Origin: Convolutriloba macropyga
Lineage: Eukaryota
Assembly: GCF_964194025.1 (NCBI RefSeq)
Contig: NC_134470.1
Coordinates: 76,384,001-76,448,000, forward strand
Length of the DNA stretch: 64,000 nucleotides
Direction of reading: 5' to 3'
Positions within the stretch are counted from its first letter, which is position 1; each line of letters begins with the position of its first letter. A program made the translations under genes and the position numbers. The notes under the pieces were generated by a model. It ran no database searches and had not been told where the DNA came from. It worked only from the letters and a program-made list of their open reading frames with translations. Of this stretch, positions 12,560-26,439 are shown in pieces.

Positions 12560-15500
12560 GCCAGAAAAAGACATGATGCTCGGGTGTGTTCAGATAAATA
12601 GATTGTGACCATTTCATTGCTTCAAATAATTGATTGCTTAACAAAAATGACAACAATATTTCTATAGGGGCCAGCAAATGCAAGTTTCAAAAAATTTTTG
12701 TCGTTTGAAATTTTCGGCACTAGAACCGTCATTGAGAAATAGACAGTTTTCCAGCAGTGATCACAAATCAAATACAGACAGCCTGGTGAAAATTATGTCA
12801 AACTAAAATCTATGGAACTAATCTCTGGCTGTTCATGTTAACACAAGTACTAAATTAGTTTAAAACCTGAGTAGAAGGTGTTTTTCAATGATGAAATTAA
12901 CGAATAAGTTCAGTTTCCCTAAAAGAGGATGGATGATAAATAATCAAAAAGGGTCGAACGCCTGTAGGATTTTCTTCATTGATTCGTATTTGGACCAGCG
13001 GTGCATATGTGCAATGAAAACCAAAATGCTGGCTATTCAAATAATAGAACAATAAAATCCAAATAAAAGAACACATTCTCGATCAATGAAACCCACATTT
13101 GAATACTTTCAAAAAAATTTGAGTAAAATAGACAAATTCTGATTGTGGTAATCTAGAATTGCAAAGTTTCCATTGAATACTAATTAATTCAAATCCACTC
13201 CAACTTAGGGAATCTAATTGATCTTTCCTCTTACTCATTTTAAAAACATGAAACGTTTTACAAAAATTAATTAAGATTTCAATTGCTCTGTGTGCTCATC
13301 ATTTCGACACTCGCTCATGCGAAAAAGATCATTGGTCGTGTATCCAATGTCTTTGTTTTCCTTTTTTAAAGTACTTCGTAGGTTCTCTGCATGTCGTAAC
13401 CTTTTGATCAGTAGACCATTGACTGCACAATGGTTTTGCTGATTGCCCGCTTTGTTTTCATCAGGGAGACTTTTGTCGGCAGGGTCATCTGAACTGGCGT
13501 TAGCAGCTTGTGCATATGTAAATTAATTTTTTGGTCTTTTCATCTTCTCCAGTAAAGACATGATACACTTGAAACTTCAAGCAGCAAAAGGTATTTCTTC
13601 ATCGTCACAATCTCAGTTATGGTGTACAAACACATGGTTTATTTGAAATTATTCAAGCCGTCAAATGTTATTCTTCATTGTAACGATATCCTCTATATTT
13701 CAAAGAGTGAATTTTCCTCGTTATTTTGTTTTGTCTTATGATCAATGGTAACTTGATGGTTATTCGTTATACTAGCGCATACTGTCAAATATAGAGCAGT
13801 GTTAACTAATTGAATTAGAATTATGATTTTCGATTAGCTCAAAGTTTGTTCTTTAGTTTTTCAGGGAATTAGTTAGGTCTTAAGTAAAATATTTTAAATG
13901 TTGGTAACAAAATCTTCAACTACGGGACGCAAAACTGTTTCAAAATATTTTTATTTTTTATGTAATAATGTTTGAAATAATTTTGCCTTATCCATTCCTG
14001 TAGTATAAGACATTCTTGAAGGAAATCAAAGCTTTTTGAAATGAAAATTGGAAACCAGTAAGAGATAGACGCTAAAGGTAGAAAACAGCGAGGATAAGTG
14101 CCACTTTTCCACAATAAACCAGGTAAAACTTTGCTAAATCATCGATTAAATTTTCTCTAACCAATAAAAAATGGGTCTTAGAAAACTGGTCGAAGAAATT
14201 ATATTGGGTCCAAATTGTTGTTAGAAAAAATTGACAAAATTATAATAATTAGACCGGTTTTCTAACGAAGAGAACCTTTAAAATCTTAAAGCTATTAACT
14301 TTGGGCTTTAACATTCCAGCAAACTAATAAATTCCGTTTTAATGTTTTTGGAAACAGCAAAATTTGATGAAAGTCAGGTGACCAATGTAATCGTTTGTGT
14401 CTGTACCAGGCAGAACATAAGAGTAGCCACAACTCTTTAGACTGTATTCTAAAACAAATTGTGACGCGTTATGAAGTGTTGCATGTAATTGTAGGTTTTT
14501 CTACGACTTAATATATGCATCTAGCGCCAAACTGTCTCCACCACTCAAACCACCGGATGGTCTCAAATTGACAGCTGTTTTCAAGTTAGCTTTCGGCACA
14601 AAATAAAGACACCTACGCCAAAAGCATTGAAACTGTTCACTATCTTCAAGATAGTGAACTTTTGTTTGACCAAAACTTTCACGTACTCTTTCCCAGACTA
14701 CTGTTGCAAAATTTGTGACTCAATGGTAAAATAAATTTTTGAAAAAGAGTGGTTGTTTTATTGACAGTAATAAAACTCTTTTCACAACATATTTTCCCTC
14801 ATAAATATGATAAAAAAAAATTTGGAACGGTTTTCTGTTTCAACCACTCATACCTGCTAATAATTCGAAAACTATTCGAAAACCCAACTTTTACTTCGCT
14901 ATTGTTTTAACGAATTTCATAATTTTTTACTGTTCCAACCCCCCTACAACCAAAGTGCAAAAAAGAAGTCACTGCCATTGCTTCGGATTTGGAGGAGAGT
15001 AAAGTTCACTTCTTGAAACCTTAGGACTGCAACAAACATTGAATATTCTTCGCATAATAATTATAAAAACTTTAATGCTTTAAATTTCGAGGCCCTTGTT
15101 GTTTACAATACAAAATTTTTATTATTCCTGTCTAAATGTTGTAGCCATTTTCTAAAAACTCAGCGTGTTTTTACCTTGACAGTGATAATTTCAGGAAACT
15201 CAATTTGCATATGCTACCACCCCCAAGATGAGGTACGAGACCGACGACAGGTATTGGCAGGTATTCAGATCAATAGATTGTGACCATTTAATCACTTGAA
15301 ATATTTAATTGCTTAACAAAAATGACATTAATATTTCTATAACGGCCAGCAAATGCAAGTTTTAAAAAACTGTTGTCATTCAGAAATCTCCTCACAGGAA
15401 ACATCAAAGACAAAATATAGTCTAGATGTGTACAAAATTCAAACCTAGAGAACTTAGTAAAATTTATGATCAACTAAATCTGTGCAGCTAATATGTGGCT

Positions 15501-17535
15501 GTTCCTGTTGAAAGAAGTATTAAATAGGTTTACACTTTTGTTAGAAGTTATTTCCCATTGATATTTAACAAATAAGTTCAATTTTCTCACAGGAAGAGGG
15601 TTGGCAAACAACCACGAAAAGTCTATCGCTATTGGTTTTTTTCATTGACTCTTATTTGGAGGAGCGTAGCCAACGGTATAAAAATGCAATGAAAACCAAA
15701 ACGCTGACTCTTCACAATCGAGATGAAAAAAAAAACAATCTTGATCAATGAAACCCACATTTATATACATTCATTAAAATTTGAGTAAAATGGACAAACT
15801 CCGATGGCGGTAATCCAGAGTTGCATAGTTTCTATTGAATACTAAGTAATTCAAATCTACGTTAATGAAGGAAATCTATTTGATCTTCCCTGTCACTCAT
15901 ATGAAAAACGTGCGACATTTCAAAAAACTGAATTAAAACTCCAATTTTTTCTGCTGGGTCATTATTTGGTCACTCGTTCAGCCAAAAAAGATCATAGGTC
16001 TTAAATACAGTGATTTTGTATTCCTTTTGGTAAAGTCTTTTGTAATTTTCCCACAAGCCGTAACCTTTTGAACAGTACACCATTGAGCGCACAATACCTT
16101 CGCTAATTACCCCCTTGATTTCATCAGAAATATTTTAGTCGTCCAGGGTCATCTGAACTAGTGCTAGCAGCTTGCGCAAAGGTGAAAGGGTGATTCTAGT
16201 CTTTTCATTTTCTCTCGGAAAGACATGGTACATTTAAAAGTATTCAAGCAGTAAGGAGTACTTCTTTAGCGTCACAATCTCAGTTATGTTTCACAGAACG
16301 GATTGTCCTCGTTATTCTGTTTTGTCTTCTATGATGAATGATATCGTGATGGTTTTTCGTTATACTAGCGAGTGCTGTCAAGCCAAATATGGAGCTAACT
16401 TCTCTAGGGCAATTGAAGAAGCTGCCTTCTGCATTCGACAGATCCTTGTTGGGCAGTGTTAACTAATTGAAATAGAAGAATGATTCTCTTTTAGCTCAAA
16501 ATACTTTCCATAGTTTCTTCTCATTTCTATTTTTTCCACAATGAAGTAATTATGGCACCAGTAAAATGTTCATCTTATGTGGTTCTACCCTCATTGTGGT
16601 AACAAAATTGTCATTTATGGGTCTCAGAACTGTTTCAAAATCTTTTCCTTCATTTTGTAAAAGTGTTTGAAATGATTCTGCTGTCTCCTTTCCAGTAGCA
16701 TAAAAATTTCTTGACGGAAATCAAAGATAAATTGCAATAAAATGTAGAATCCAGTAAGAGATAGACGCTGGAGATAGAAAACAGCTAAGATAAGTGCCAC
16801 TGTTCCAAGATAAGCCATGTAAAATTTTGATAAATTTGCGATGAAATTTTTTCTGAGCCTTTTTAGTGAGTCTTGGAAATCTGGTGGAAGAAAAAATGTT
16901 GGTTCCAAATTGCTGTTGGAACAAATTGACAAAACCTTGATAATCAGAACGATTTTCTTCTAACGTAAACTTTCAAAATCTTCAATTTAAGAACTTTGGG
17001 ATTTAACATTCCAGCAAATTAATTAAACTCTGTTTAAATGCTTTCATGGAGATCAAATCTTTATACAAGTCAGGTGACCAAAAAAAGTTTGTGATTGTAT
17101 CAGTCAGAGCATACGAGTAGCCAGAAGACTTTTTACCGTATTCTGCAAAAAATCTTGACGCGTCATGAAGTTTTGCATGTAATTGTAGGGTTTTCTCCGA
17201 CTTAGTGTATGCGTTTAGAGACGAATTGTCTCTGACACTAATACCAAGGGATGGTGTCACTTTGAGGGCAGTTGCACATGTGACAAACGCATTGAAACCG
17301 TTCACTATCTTCGGGATAGTGAACTTTTATTTGACCAAAACTTTCGTGGATCTTTTTCATGTCTACCGTGGCAATAGTTGTCATGCAGAATCTCAAATTG
17401 TAAAATGAATTTTTGAAGAACAGTTGCTGTTTGTATGAAAGTAATAAAAAATTCTTTGCAGAACATAATCTCCCGAAAAATAGTTTAATTAGTTTCAAAA
17501 CTGTGTACTGTTTCAACCCTTCATACCTGCTAAGC
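12560..17535 (-). mobile_element. Two diverged tandem copies (~12560-14860 and ~14990-17535) of a decayed DNA-transposon ORF, probably a hAT transposase
   Basis: Colinear duplication (e.g. ttgatcaatgaaaccccacattt-like at ~13080/15740, gtaagagatagacgct at ~14058/16753). A BED-finger-like pattern FQCVCHMC...LQLHAKLH spans a frameshift at ~17.3-17.15 kb, ETAESFQTLL lies at ~16.68 kb, and a frameshifted CERIFNVC lies at ~15.04 kb. Confidence 0.5.
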
Positions 17536-17589
17536 AAAGTAAAATGAAATTTTCAAAAAAATTAGGTTAGAATGCAAAAATAGATACTG

Positions 17590-18220
17590 ATCACACCGAA
17601 TAGACGTTGGCTGCCCTCTGTCAGACCAAACAGACGTTGGCCAACATTGGACAGAACGAACAGATTTTTTTCACACCACTGTCATGACGGAACAGACACT
17701 TGGCCAGACCATAGTTAAAACCGTTGATCAGACGGAACAAACCTTAGAACAAACCCTAGACTAGACCATTGGTCCGACCCACTTAAACGTAGAGAAGCCT
17801 CAAATAAATATTACAATTTATTGCTGTCATCTTTTTGAACCGAAAATGAATATGTGAATTTTAAAAATTATTGAAAAAACTGTCGATTTAAAGACCAATG
17901 CGAATTTCTGAAATTAGTTTGACGAAGTAGTCTAATCATCTAGAAGCAGATGTTGATTACCAATTAAGGGCTGTTTTTTTTGAAAAAAGTAGTCAATGCA
18001 GAACACGTTTATACTTTTTGCAGAGGACTGGCTTCTCTTTTGGGTGTCGCCCAGTCCAAGCTAACCCAAATGTGGGTATTGGCCAGACCAGAGAGACCGA
18101 ACTGGGGGTTTTGGCCAGACCAAAAGGTCTATAAATGGGTAATGCCCCGACCCAGCAGACCAAAATATGGATATTGGCTAGACCGAACAGACCAAAAATT
18201 GCCATTGGCTAGACGGGAGG
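17590..18220. repeat. Degenerate short tandem repeats (ttggccagacc/cagacc-rich, ~30 bp)
   Basis: Recurrent ggccagacc, gaacagacc and cagacc motifs in two clusters. Confidence 0.6.
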
Positions 18221-18279
18221 CGCTACCCACGGGAGGCTTGGGTGGTGGACCTAATCCTGGGCCTCTACACGAACTCAAG

Positions 18280-18415
18280 TCGAAAAAAATCCTGATGTCT
18301 CCCCAAATAAAATTTGTTCAAGTTTCAGCTGTCAGTGCAGCACCTAGAGTCTACACGAGACTGCTGAAACTTGAACAAAAAATTCAATTCGAAAGAAAAC
18401 AGGATTTTGGTTGAA
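18280..18415. repeat. Imperfect hairpin repeat; related copy at window positions ~1-90
   Basis: aaaatcctg...ttgttcaagtttcagc and gctgaaacttgaacaa...caggatttt are inverted. Its reverse complement resembles caaatttcag..tgtagattctaggtgct at 1-35. Confidence 0.6.
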
Positions 18416-18440
18416 TTGATGCCCCCCTGTTCGGTTCAAA

Positions 18441-19440
18441 TTTTCACAACCGTTCGGTTCGACAATTGGTTTTTCTTACTTTGATTACCCTAATTTTCAG
18501 ACTATGATATGAAAGAGAGGAGCTTTTCCGTCAGTGGGTGCATATTGTTTGTACCCCCCCCCCCCCCCCCCCCATTCGAAGCCCCCCATCCCCCTACAAG
18601 CGTATGGCAAATTGCTCTACTACTATGTACTATCTGACAAGCAGCAAAAATGACATCGACCAGTTTGTTCATCCCCGAATCGTATTATCACGTACCGTTG
18701 CTATTTCAGTATTGATTTGAGGTTGAAGATGGCACGGGTATACCATTAACACAATTAGACATGTCTTATATTGTGTAAAATTATGAATTTATGTTACAAT
18801 GCTGTATACATACGAAATTCAGAAGGATAAAATCAAGATTAGTCCAGTCTCTCTTGCTGGTGAAGGCCAGAAGTACAGACATCAACTTTTAGCTTCTGCA
18901 AATATCTTCTGTACTTTTTCTTTTTTCCTTTGTCGGGATTATTGGGTGTCCCAGGAAAGCAATTTGCTTCTCCTCAAGCAAATAAACGATAAAATGTTGA
19001 ACACAAACGCTCTTTGTGAACTTCTCGCGTAGTTTTATCAACATGTCTATTACACTCTCGTTGTCATCGTTTTCACGGAGAAGAAGATTGTCCGGAAAGC
19101 CTGCTTCCACTAGAAGTCTTGCATAGTCCACCAGCAATTTCACTACAAAATTATTAGAGCATGTTTTCTTGGTTGACAGGATTTGAACGGATGGGAAGAA
19201 AAAATGTGAATAAATACGCAAAATTTCATCAAATATAATCATTGAAATTAAAAACTCAATGACAGGGAAAGAACAATATTGGGTCCTAAAACACAAAAAA
19301 AAATGTTTCCACCCACTTCTTTTTTGTTATTTTTTTCATAACCGTTCGGTTCGACAATTGATTTTTCTTACTTTGATTACCCTAATTTTCTTACTATGAT
19401 ATGAAAGAGAGGAGTTTTCCGTTAGTGGGTGCATATTTTT
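18441..19440. repeat. ~105-bp direct repeat pair (18441-18547 and 19333-19440)
   Basis: Both copies read aaccgttcggttcgacaattg.ttttcttactttgattaccctaattttc..actatgatatgaaagagaggag...gtgggtgcatatt. Confidence 0.9.
18889..19190 (-). CDS. Candidate terminal exon (helical/ankyrin-like), possibly of the 41955 gene
   Basis: Protein-like frame VKLLVDYARLLVEAGFPDNLLLRENDDNESVIDMLIKLREK...STEDICRS*, preceded by a pyrimidine tract. Same strand as the gene; acceptor not pinned down. Confidence 0.35.
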
Positions 19441-20099
19441 CCCCCAGACGCACGTGCCGTAATGATTCACTATGTAATGACACGTGCTCTGTAACTGGGG
19501 GGTGCATAACGTACTAGGGGCACCAACGGAAGAGATCTCAAAGAGACTGATAGGGTGCTCAAACGTACGCTAAGCAAAACCGCACTTGTAATTTTCCGTT
19601 TTTGAGTTTTTTAATTCGATTTATATCAATACAGTTGAACGCAAAAGTAGAACAAAAAACTTAATTCGTAAAAAAAATTCATTCTCATCAGTAACTTAAA
19701 AAAAAATCCTGAGTTCCCCAATTCCTAAAATATTTTTGACACTGACACCTGGGTCACCCAATTTATAACGTTTTTTGATTTCACACAGGGTTTTAGTGAT
19801 TTTAATATTATTACTATGTCATATATGATTTGTCTGGTTTTTAGTCGTCAAACACAGATCATAATGGATTTCCTAATAATCACTCAGGAATCATACGAAA
19901 AAAACTGAAAGAAAAAAACAGTGGAGTTTTCATTTTCTGTGGAAGTCGAAAAACATATGCAACGACTAGTGCCATAAATAATCAAATAAAACAATGACTG
20001 GTGCCATAAATACTCGTATCAGGAAGTCAAAGGTCAATTGAAATTAATATTTTGAGTTCTGATTTCTTTTTCTTCTGTAGAAAACCAACCGTTATTTGG

Positions 20100-23000
20100 T
20101 GTGTCAACCCGGATATTGAAAGGACAATTTCTGTCCAATCTTATGAAGAGAAATCCAAAGGCGGCAACTAAAGAAGGATAAACGAATCAACAGCATAAGG
20201 CCAGCGAGACGATTTGAACAGTGCAATTCAGCAAATAGACTTAAGTGCGATCCATGCTTGAAATTGAAAACAAAAATAACAAAAAACCAGCAAACAGGCA
20301 TATCAAGATTGCAGCACAAATTCCTCACGAAGTGAGGTATTGAAGTCTATTGGACAAAATCAGCAAGAACCAAGGGCTTGGCTACAGAGTAAACGACGAT
20401 CCAGAGAACAAACTAAAAGTCCTCTAACAACAGACTGTATACTTTTCAGAGGAGAAAGCCCCGAAGCAACTGCAGCCTAAAAACAAGCATGTACATTGTT
20501 GCAGGCCAACAAAACTGCACAACGGTGTGCAATGCAAATAATGTTTGAAAAAAACTGAGCAACAGCAAGCGGTGACGACACCCAACCAGGCAGGGATTGA
20601 ACATACAAAGAGAGCCAGAGGTAGAAATGCGATGAATGAATTTAATACAAAAGACGGACTATCTGAAGAAGAGCATGAGCTAACGCTCCAAATGAAAAAC
20701 AAAACGTTGGAAAATGTTTATGCTTGTTCCCAGTCAACCAGGTCGCGGGACACAGCAACCTCCAACCAGACGCAAAAGAAGAGCGATGTTCAAACTGGGC
20801 TAATCAAATCGGCAAACTTCAAACTCCAGATCGAACAACAGCTCATTTCGAACCAATATAGGCATAGTCAAGTCCCAGGTTATCAAAGTTTTTCCAGCGT
20901 TGAATACCGGGATATTTCCCCAGAAATGGTTAACGATACAACACTGGTTATTCTGGTAACAGTCACGAAACAAAACTGAAAACGGATGGAAAACTGCTGG
21001 GATGGACGGTGCGGCATAGCAAGTTCAATTCTGCAGGGGATCAACAGCCAATACCTGACCCTGGAAAATGAACTACCTCAAGACTGTGCTTACAGAAGTA
21101 GCAAAGTCTGAAATATCAGGAATGGGGTGTTCTGGAGAATTCTGTGATGTTGCTGGGAATATTCTGGAAAAAAAATTGGCAGGCCTCACCTGATCGTCGA
21201 CAACTCGAAATTGTATAAGCCAATAGTTATCCTAAATCAAGATCTCAAAGAGAACTGGTGCTTCTATGTTTATGATGAAGATGGAGACCGGCGTGATCTG
21301 AATATATCATTTTAAAAAAGCTATCTAGGATGGAATCTAGCAAGAAAAGGTCAGTTTTCAAAGGTGAGCAAAAAAATCCGAATAAGCGCAAAAAGAGACA
21401 AACGGTTTTCGTAGACTTAGAACTTCAGTTCAACTTCGAAGTAGAAAGAAACGAAGTAAACGCAAAAGGATCACTATCCGCCATCGAATGTATTCACAAA
21501 ATTTGGAATTGCCTATTTTTCAGGAACATGAGTGTAAATTATTGACACGCAGTTGTAAGGAAACAACGCTTATGTTTCGGAATTTTGATCAAGTGAGAAG
21601 AAGTCAAAGACTGTGAAGTCAAAGCGTGCGTTGTAATGAACGTATAAGGAAGCATAGCCAAGCGCTACATTCAGAAAATCAGAAACACGAGTGCAATCAT
21701 GCAGTCAATGTAAGCGCAGCGACAAAAAATCAACGAAACGAAGCTACAGTTTTCTTCGTCAGATTTCTTCGGCTCAATACAGAGCGGTGTTAACAGGAAG
21801 AACACACATGCATTCCACGATTTCGAATCATTGGTTTCACTCGTCGATCAAAACGTGCAAAACAAGTTAAGAGCCCATGAAACCGCTTTTAGGCTTTAAT
21901 CGAGCGCAGTTGCAATCAATCGAGGCGCTTTCACACCTGTCAAGAATATTGGAAAACACAAATTATGACAACAACAAATTGAAGCAAAGCCTCAACTTTT
22001 TGAGTGTTCTACATAACAGAAGCTTGAATGTTGATTAAACTTGGCGTCGTCCTTGTTCAAGATGCTACTGTGCTACTACGCCCATTGGAAAACAAGATAG
22101 GAACAAGAATCTTTTGCCGTTCTAGGAGAGTTAGTATTGTTTGTCAGCGGACACATAACGGGCAAAAAAAAACAACATTTTTGTGATTTCGATTGCACAC
22201 ATTTGTAAAAGTTGCCGGTAATGGCCAAAGTTGGTTGGTTTTTAAAAAAAATGCTTTCAAAATTAAAGTCCTCAATTGGTCAAAGAAAGAGTTTTAGGCA
22301 AAAAATATGCTAGAGAGTACAACAGGCGAGTGGTACAAGGTGTGATTTCTGTGGAGTGAACCAGAACTAAACCTAGCGAACAGCTACAGCTCAGTTCTAA
22401 GTCAGCTTTACTCAGTGGTGCGAAGATTGCAAAGATACCTGAACGTGAGGTTTGTATCACCAATCAATGGATACAGATGTAAAAAAGGTACTATTGATAA
22501 AGAATGGTATTTGAGACGCCATCCAAAGCAAAAACCGATCAAGCCGGCAAAAGTGAGAAATAATTGAAATGATGCATCAATTGTTTTAAAAAAAAAGTAT
22601 AATACAATAAACTAGTAGCTGAACTTGATCTGTTAAACGGTTCAATTAAATTAATATTAAAATCAAATGAAGGACCAACACGCCGACATTTGATATGGAA
22701 TCTTTGCGAGTGCAGCTTCCAGAACAGGAGATAAGATGCTTGAAATTTCTATTGTGGCCGAGAACTAGCGAAGCTGCTCAAATGTACAAACATTAGCATC
22801 ACGTTTTTGTTTTTGGAGCAAAGAACTCTTCAAATTACGGTCCAAACTATTGGAACTAGATGATGAAGATTTGTAACNNNNNNNNNNNNNNNNNNNNNNN
22901 NNNNNNNNNNNNNNNNNNNNNNNNNNNNNNNNNNNNNNNNNNNNNNNNNNNNNNNNNNNNNNNNNNNNNNNNNNNNNNNNNNNNNNNNNNNNNNNNNNNN

Positions 23001-26000
23001 NNNNNNNGCGACCTCATCAAATCATAAGAAATTAGAAGAAGCAATCGGATTTTCTGATCAGTTGCAACCAATTTTCTTGCAACAGGTATTTGAATTGAAG
23101 CAGTTGACCAGCAAAAACGATTCATTTAATGAAGCAATCCCAGTAGCCTTGAAATCAATGAGCAACACAAAGCAAGTCGAAGAGGAAACCAATGCGGAAG
23201 GATCTTAAGAGCTTGGACTACAATGAAATGTTACTGATCTCATGACAGTCTTCAAATGAGTTAACAGAAAAGGAGTTGGAACAATCATTAATTAGGAGAA
23301 AATTGTTTGCTGGTTTCTTCAGTATTCGAGCCCATTGGATTGTGCTCTAAGACTATTTAATTTTGAATTACTTCTGATAGGCATCTCGACTAAGAATGGA
23401 CAACATTGGGACAAAGAAGTTGAACCTGGTGAAGCAAAATAGTTCTTGAAGTGAAAGGTCAAGTACCGATTAGGATAAAGCAACTTCAAAACATCGAGGG
23501 ATAAAACTGAACTTCGGTTTTTTGCTGAAGCATATGACGACACTATGTGTATAGCCTTTCTACTTTCAAAACCGAAAAAATCTGCTGAATTAGCATTTGT
23601 GATTGGAAAATGCACAGCGGTTCCGACGAAGCGTGTTCAATGCCATAAATGGAATTGTAGGCAGCAGTCATTGCAGTAAAGTTGAAGGAGCACATAATCA
23701 AGGGTAATGCATTCTTAGTGATTCTGTTCAGACTCAACGACAGTATGGCTGTGGATATACAGTTCGTGTTATTAAAAAACAAGTGATTGCGGTCAATCCA
23801 ATAGCTGTGATATTGGATACAACTGACATTTGACAGTGGAAACATGTAAGCTGTATATACAACCCAATTGAAATTGCCACTATGTTATTCGACGTTAAGA
23901 AACTCATTTGAAGTGAAGGGCTCACTGCGACGGACAGTTTGAAACAACCACAAGGAGAGTGGCCAGAGCAAAGCTGAAGGTAAAATACCCTCATCAGTCT
24001 TTATTACAAAGGCTGAAGAAATGAAAGCTGTTTTCATTGAGAACAACACAGTAAAATAAAAAGGGCTAGTAAAAACTGTGCCACGAGATCTGAACCAGGA
24101 AAAACTGACAACAATTGTAGTCAGCACTGGAGGGTGGGGGAAACGCAAAGGAAATCATCTTCAAACTACCACAACAAGAACAGTTTGCTGAAAAAACGAT
24201 ACTCAGGAACGCGGAAAAAAACTTCTAAAACCATTAAAATCCTGCAGTTTTTACCCCTCGTGATCCAATAAGGACCTATTCGAGCCCAATGACGAATAGA
24301 CAGAATTCAATTGAATTTTGATATAAAGCATTCAATTTTGTTAAAGTGGAAACATAAAAATTTTGTTCTTGCGTATCAAGTACATGAATCACCGAAACGA
24401 AAGTAGTGGTCATGTAGTTAACATTTTTCAGCAGATGAAATACATTCTTGAGAAACGACAAGCCATACAATCAGTCAAAACAATTGCTTTAACTGCTGAA
24501 AGGACAGAGCACAAACAATATCTTCAGGAAAAGCAAACTTACCCGAAAAGTGGATAAATGCTTCACCGGCGTTTACTTTAACCCTTTCAATGTGACGATA
24601 AGACGAAGGATCCAAAAGCGATTGTCTGGTCCGTTAACTTGACGAACTATTAAAGTGATGCAAAACAAATGGTACTGAAGTTGCACACAGACAGATGTCT
24701 CAAAATAAAAATTGGATCTGTTGGACAATAGACAAAAAGCTCACTTATTAGTTACATGAGTAATAACGTTGTTAAAGTTGAATGAGAACCTGCAGAACAC
24801 GTTACGGCAAGGAACAAAAAAGGATAAAAGAACATCTAATTTGGCAGAATGGACAGCACTAAATTGAACTTCAGTACAAACCATCCGATCAAGTTACATT
24901 GGAAACATCACAGATTTGAGTTATTTTTGCATGACAAGCTTGAGAACAAAAACCAAAAGCACTGATCATGTGCGAATTTTTTGAAGCAGAGGAGCTTGAT
25001 TCAAGGCGAACAAAACACCTCAGTGTCAATCATGAACAATTGTGTTAACAGCAGAAAATGCAGAGCACAAACGATAAGAAAAGTAAGTGCGGTTAGATGT
25101 TTCAACGGCATTTACGAATCATAGGTTAGACTATTTTGGCCCTATCACAGTGTTGATTGGGCGAACGAACGAAAAGTGATGGTCTTGCCTGTTTAATTGT
25201 CTAACTGTGAGAAACACACAAGTTGTACCCAAGTTGCACTCAGATAGTTGTCTCAATGCAAACATGGGATTGGTTGCACAAGAAAAAATCCAGGTAACAT
25301 AATCTGCTACAATAGTAGTAACTTTGCTGAAGTTGAATGAGAGCTAACAGAGTACGTTGCGGCATGGTACAAAAAGAGATAGAATATAATCTAATTTGAA
25401 CAAGATTTAGAGGAAAATGCAACCCACCCGTAGCACCTCAAGTTGGGGGTGTATAGAAACGTTTGGTCACATAATGCAAGAGAGCTATGTATGCGGTGTT
25501 GAGGAACATCTCGGTCATCAAGAAAAAGTTTTCATCCACGATGTGCATTGTGGATCCAACTTTAAACGCAAAATTGGTGACTCCATTCAGCGCAGACCTT
25601 AATAACTAAGAAGCATTGACTCCAAATCAATTTTTCCTAGGCAACAAAAACATTTGCTTACCTTTTCCACACGGCCTTGAAAAATTGTTGACGACCAAAA
25701 AATTTTTTAGACATAACCTAAGCTAATGCGAATCTATTTTGAGAAAAGTTCATCAAAGAATAGTTGCCAATTTTGAATAATGGACAAAAATGGCAATCTC
25801 GCTTGATTATCAATCTGGCCTTGAAAATCAATCTTGCTTGATTAATCTAAGTAAACAACGAGCGAGGATGTTTGCAATTAGTGTTCAGTTACAAAGAATA
25901 ACGAGGGGTTCTGAAGCACTTTTATTGATGTGATTCAATACGCGATAGTTTGAACGAACAGCGGAGTTTATTAGTGACTACTAGTCAAGATCAATTTTTT

Positions 26001-26430
26001 ACGACCAAGGGAAACTAGTGTTTTAACGATTGGAAACAGCGCCACCGCTACTAGGGGCCGAGCTTCTGAATTGAGGAAACGAACTCATGGCCAAATCAGA
26101 CAGTCAAACATGAACCTATATTCGAAGAAAAAACATTTAACGAAATTGAGAAAAAACTTTTACAAGTTTACATTAGATCGGATTCAATTGATTTGCACAA
26201 AAATTTGTTGATGATACAGAATAATTGACACTTAATCTACATGGTTAACAAACTTCCATTGACCTCAGATTTAAATTGAAAAAAGGACAATGTGGAAAAA
26301 AATTTCTGTCGACATCTTTGTCTACAAGCAATCAAAGATACAATTTATGACATTTATAACCACGTACCAAAAAAAACTAAAACCATTTAGACTAGTTTTA
26401 ATATGCCTTGTTTCGATGGATCATATTGAT
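20100..26430 (+). mobile_element. Highly degenerate BEL/Pao LTR retrotransposon internal region
   Basis: RNaseH/peptidase-A17-type motifs FAEAYDDTMCIA and FVIGKC.AVP...MEL.AA (~23.5-23.67 kb); integrase DYFGP (~25.13 kb). The 5' part (20.1-22.9 kb) is assigned only by position. Confidence 0.75.
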
Positions 26431-26439
26431 GGTCGTTCA

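Noticed and set aside
17980-18414. 144-aa ORF
   Set aside because: Composed of degenerate short repeats and a hairpin repeat, with no ATG start and no recognisable domain.
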